Assembly: GCA_034723395.1 (NCBI GenBank)
Contig: JAYEOW010000041.1
Span: forward strand, 1-10,041
Direction of reading: 5' to 3'
Source of the DNA: Candidatus Margulisiibacteriota bacterium
GTDB lineage: Bacteria > Margulisbacteria > WOR-1 > O2-12-FULL-45-9
DNA: 10,041 nucleotides
Part shown: positions 7,912-10,041 of the stretch, in pieces
Layout: each line of letters opens with the position of its first letter
Numbering within the stretch: position 1 is the first letter of the stretch
Made by a program: the position numbers and the translations under genes
The notes under the pieces: generated by a model
What the model was told of the DNA's origin: nothing
What the model saw: the letters and a program-made list of their open reading frames with translations, nothing else
The model's database searches: none

Positions 7912-8673
7912 CTTAGATACCTCCTTGTTCGATTCGATCTCTTTTGACGACATTATCAATGTCCCCTTTTCTTCCTTGGTGCTCGACCGGAGGTGAATGA
8001 TAATATCGTAAATGCTGGCGCACTCTACCGCCCGCGGATGCAACACTTGGGCCCCTAGGCTGGCAAGCTCTAGCATCTCCTCATAGGAAATAACACTCAG
8101 TTTTTTTGCTTCCGTGACAATCCGCGGGTCTGTTGTATAGACTCCGTCCACATCCGTGTATATATCACAGACATCCGCCTTCAATGCGGCCGCGATCGCC
8201 ACCGCAGAAGTGTCCGAGCCTCCGCGACCGATAGTAATAATATCCCCTTTGCTGTCGATCCCCTGAAAACCGGTAATAACAACCACTTTATTATCATTAA
8301 TCTCTTTTCTTAGGCGGTCAAGGTGGATATGTTTAATGCGAGCTTTCCTATAGATATCTTCAGTCACTACGCCCGCCTGCCCCCCAGTTAACGAAATAGC
8401 GGGACAGTCCATCGATTGAAGCGCCATTGCCAGAAGGGAAGCAGAGACCTGTTCTCCGGTCGAAACCAGCATATCGTATTCGCGATGATCGGGATTATCG
8501 GTAATCTGGCCCATCAGATCGATCAACTCATCGGTAGTATGCCCCATCGCGGAAACGATAACAACAACTTGATTCCCTTTATCGCGGACCTTTTTTACGC
8601 GGCGTGCTACATTTTTTATCTTCTCCGGGGATCCGACTGAGGTTCCGCCGTATTTGTGGACAATAATTGCCAT
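7432..8673 (-). CDS. lysC: Aspartate kinase (alpha subunit; kinase domain plus two ACT domains)
   Basis: IVHKYGGTSV, VSAMGHTTDEL, STGEQVS, GFQG, TIGRGGSDTSAVA, IYTDVDGVYTTDPR, YEEMLELASLGAQVLHPRAVE; ACT domains DKPGTAAKLF and ISTSEIKVS. Confidence 0.96.
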   Translation of the reverse strand: MAIIVHKYGGTSVGSPEKIKNVARRVKKVRDKGNQVVVIVSAMGHTTDELIDLMGQITDNPDHREYDMLVSTGEQVSASLLAMALQSMDCPAISLTGGQAGVVTEDIYRKARIKHIHLDRLRKEINDNKVVVITGFQGIDSKGDIITIGRGGSDTSAVAIAAALKADVCDIYTDVDGVYTTDPRIVTEAKKLSVISYEEMLELASLGAQVLHPRAVECASIYDIIIHLRSSTKEEKGTLIMSSKEIESNKEVSKMEKKEAVRGIALDENIAKIGVLKIQDKPGTAAKLFGALADEKINVDMIVQSIHSKGELADMAFTVDRPDAKRTIQVIEKAAKELKAEGVVSDPDVCKVSLVGKGMISQPGTAAKMFDALSKNKINIQMISTSEIKVSCVIKREQGKRAVQILHKVFNLK

Positions 8674-8683
8674 AACGAAAATT

Positions 8684-8692
8684 ATTATACCA
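8684..8692 (-). promoter_or_regulatory. Extended -10 element upstream of lysC
   Basis: TGGTATAAT overlaps the pseudouridine synthase stop; 10 nt to ATG 8673; no SD. Confidence 0.55.
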
Positions 8693-9386
8693 TATTTAAG
8701 CTGCGGATTTCAGTTCGAGTCAAGTATTCGTATTTACCAACCTTAAGGTTGCCCAATTGTATGTTTTTAATTCTGACTCTTTTCAAAAAAACCACTTCGT
8801 TCCCCAGAGCTTCGACCATCCTTCTGATCTGCCGGTTTTTTCCTTCGCGAAGCACAATATTAAAGCGCTTGCTCCCTTTTATAAATATTCTGGCTGGTAA
8901 AGTTTTTTCTTTTCCAATCACGGGCCCCTCTTTGATTTTTTTGATCTGTTCCGGCTTAAGCGGGCCCCTAACTGAAACCTGGTACTCTTTTTCGTGTTCA
9001 TAGCGGGGATGCATCAGGCGATTTGCCAACTCGCCGTCATTAGTTAAGATCATCAATCCCTGGGAATCGGCATCCAGCCTGCCAACTGGATATAGGCGAT
9101 ATGGGATATCTGATATGAGGTCTAAAACAGTTTTCTTTCCCCTCTCTGAACAGGAACTGATAATTCCGCGCGGTTTATTTAGCTTAATATAGATCTTTTT
9201 TTCTTTTTTCTTGAGTTTCTTCCCATTAACGATAATAATATCTTTTTCGGGATCGATCTTGGTCCCCAGTTTCTTGATAATTTCCCCATTTACCTTCACT
9301 TTGCCTGAAACAATCAGCTTTTCAGACCTTCTCCGTGAGGCAACTCCGCATTCGGCTATATATTTTTGAAGTCTTACTTCAGACAT
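8685..9386 (-). CDS. rRNA pseudouridine synthase, RsuA/RluB/RluF family with N-terminal S4 domain
   Basis: Likely start ATG 9386 ([23 protein letters not shown] upstream; 8-nt overlap with the macro gene) rather than 9425. Motifs LNKPRG, YPVGRLD (catalytic Asp), GLMILTNDGELA..LMHP, EKEY, EGKNRQIRRM, LKRVRI. Confidence 0.93.
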   Translation of the reverse strand: MSEVRLQKYIAECGVASRRRSEKLIVSGKVKVNGEIIKKLGTKIDPEKDIIIVNGKKLKKKEKKIYIKLNKPRGIISSCSERGKKTVLDLISDIPYRLYPVGRLDADSQGLMILTNDGELANRLMHPRYEHEKEYQVSVRGPLKPEQIKKIKEGPVIGKEKTLPARIFIKGSKRFNIVLREGKNRQIRRMVEALGNEVVFLKRVRIKNIQLGNLKVGKYEYLTRTEIRSLNMV

Positions 9387-9939
9387 TGATATAAGCCTCA
9401 TAAGTTTCATTATTATAGAGAACAAAACAGACCTCTTTGATCGAGCTTTCTTGTTGAAGGAACTCTTTTACCGCGCCAATCGCAACCGGCGCCGCTTTAC
9501 CCAAAGGATACCTGTAAGCTCCAGTCGATATTGAAGGAAAGGAGATCGACTTTAATCCTTCTTCCGCAGCCAGCCTTAACGATTCAATGTAACAACTTCT
9601 CAGTTTTTCCTCCTGATTCCCCCCGATATTCCTTGATTCCCCCTGTTTCCCTTTATAAATCGGTCCCACCGTATGTATCACATACTTCGCGGGAAGCTCT
9701 CCTCCGGTAGTGAGGACTGCCTTCCCCGTCGGAAGTCTTTCAATCTTTTTTATGATCGCATCACACTCTTTAAGAATGGCTGGCCCTCCTGCCCGATGGA
9801 TCGCTCCATCGACTCCTCCCCCGCCCATCAGGCTGGAATTTGCCGCGTTAACGATCGCATCCGTCTTTTGCTTGGTGATATCGCCTTTTAGGAAAATGAT
9901 TTTCGATCGATTAATTTCGATTTCTTTCATCTTAATCAT
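9379..9939 (-). CDS. Macro-domain protein, O-acetyl-ADP-ribose deacetylase (YmdB-like); start at 9939 or 9930
   Basis: GDIT...[60 protein letters not shown]. Confidence 0.93.
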   Translation of the reverse strand: MIKMKEIEINRSKIIFLKGDITKQKTDAIVNAANSSLMGGGGVDGAIHRAGGPAILKECDAIIKKIERLPTGKAVLTTGGELPAKYVIHTVGPIYKGKQGESRNIGGNQEEKLRSCYIESLRLAAEEGLKSISFPSISTGAYRYPLGKAAPVAIGAVKEFLQQESSIKEVCFVLYNNETYEAYINV

Positions 9940-9940
9940 T

Positions 9941-9953
9941 ATTATAGTATAAT
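9941..9953. promoter_or_regulatory. Overlapping divergent -10 elements (candidate bidirectional promoter)
   Basis: Plus TATAAT 9948-9953 lies 7 nt before ATG 9961. Minus TATACT 9951-9946 lies 6 nt before ATG 9939. Minus TATAAT 9946-9941 lies 10 nt before ATG 9930. Confidence 0.6.
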
Positions 9954-9960
9954 TCTATTC

Positions 9961-10041
9961 ATGGCTAAAGACCATTCATTCGATATAGTTTCTAAACCAA
10001 ACCTGCAGGAGATCGATAATGCGATCCGGATGGCGATGAAG
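9961..10041 (+). CDS. yajQ: YajQ-family nucleotide/c-di-GMP-binding protein, 5' fragment
   Basis: Manual translation [27 protein letters not shown] matches the YajQ N-terminal SFDIVS...QE..NA signature. Truncated by the window edge. Confidence 0.88.
   Translation, partial: MAKDHSFDIVSKPNLQEIDNAIRMAMK

Noticed and set aside
9387..9425. Longer start for the pseudouridine synthase
   Set aside because: It would overlap the macro gene by 47 nt; family-like sequence begins at MSEVRLQK (9386).

Overview
Bacterial (diderm) chromosomal window, almost entirely on the minus strand. Read 5'->3' on that strand: macro-domain deacetylase, S4-type pseudouridine synthase, aspartokinase (with a nested beta-subunit start), plsY, two CCA-less tRNA-Pro genes (GGG, CGG), DUF4412-like lipoprotein, M23 peptidase, bactofilin, rsmI, BtuB-like TonB-dependent receptor, TonB-family protein, queA and the 5' part of tgt. 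A divergent yajQ-family gene starts at the right edge. No mobile element or CRISPR array was seen. Three observations stand out. (1) An anticodon-less tRNA-like fold overlaps the rsmI stop and is joined to mutually exclusive SD-sequestering/anti-sequestering hairpins upstream of the receptor-tonB-queA-tgt genes, a candidate new cis-regulatory RNA. (2) The TonB protein lacks the TM histidine and carries its own copy of the neighbouring receptor's TonB box. (3) tRNA-Pro(CGG) is nested in complementary flanks that rebuild a second tRNA-Pro-type acceptor end with ACCA. All family assignments come from motif recognition and all folds from pairing by hand; no searches or folding programs were run.
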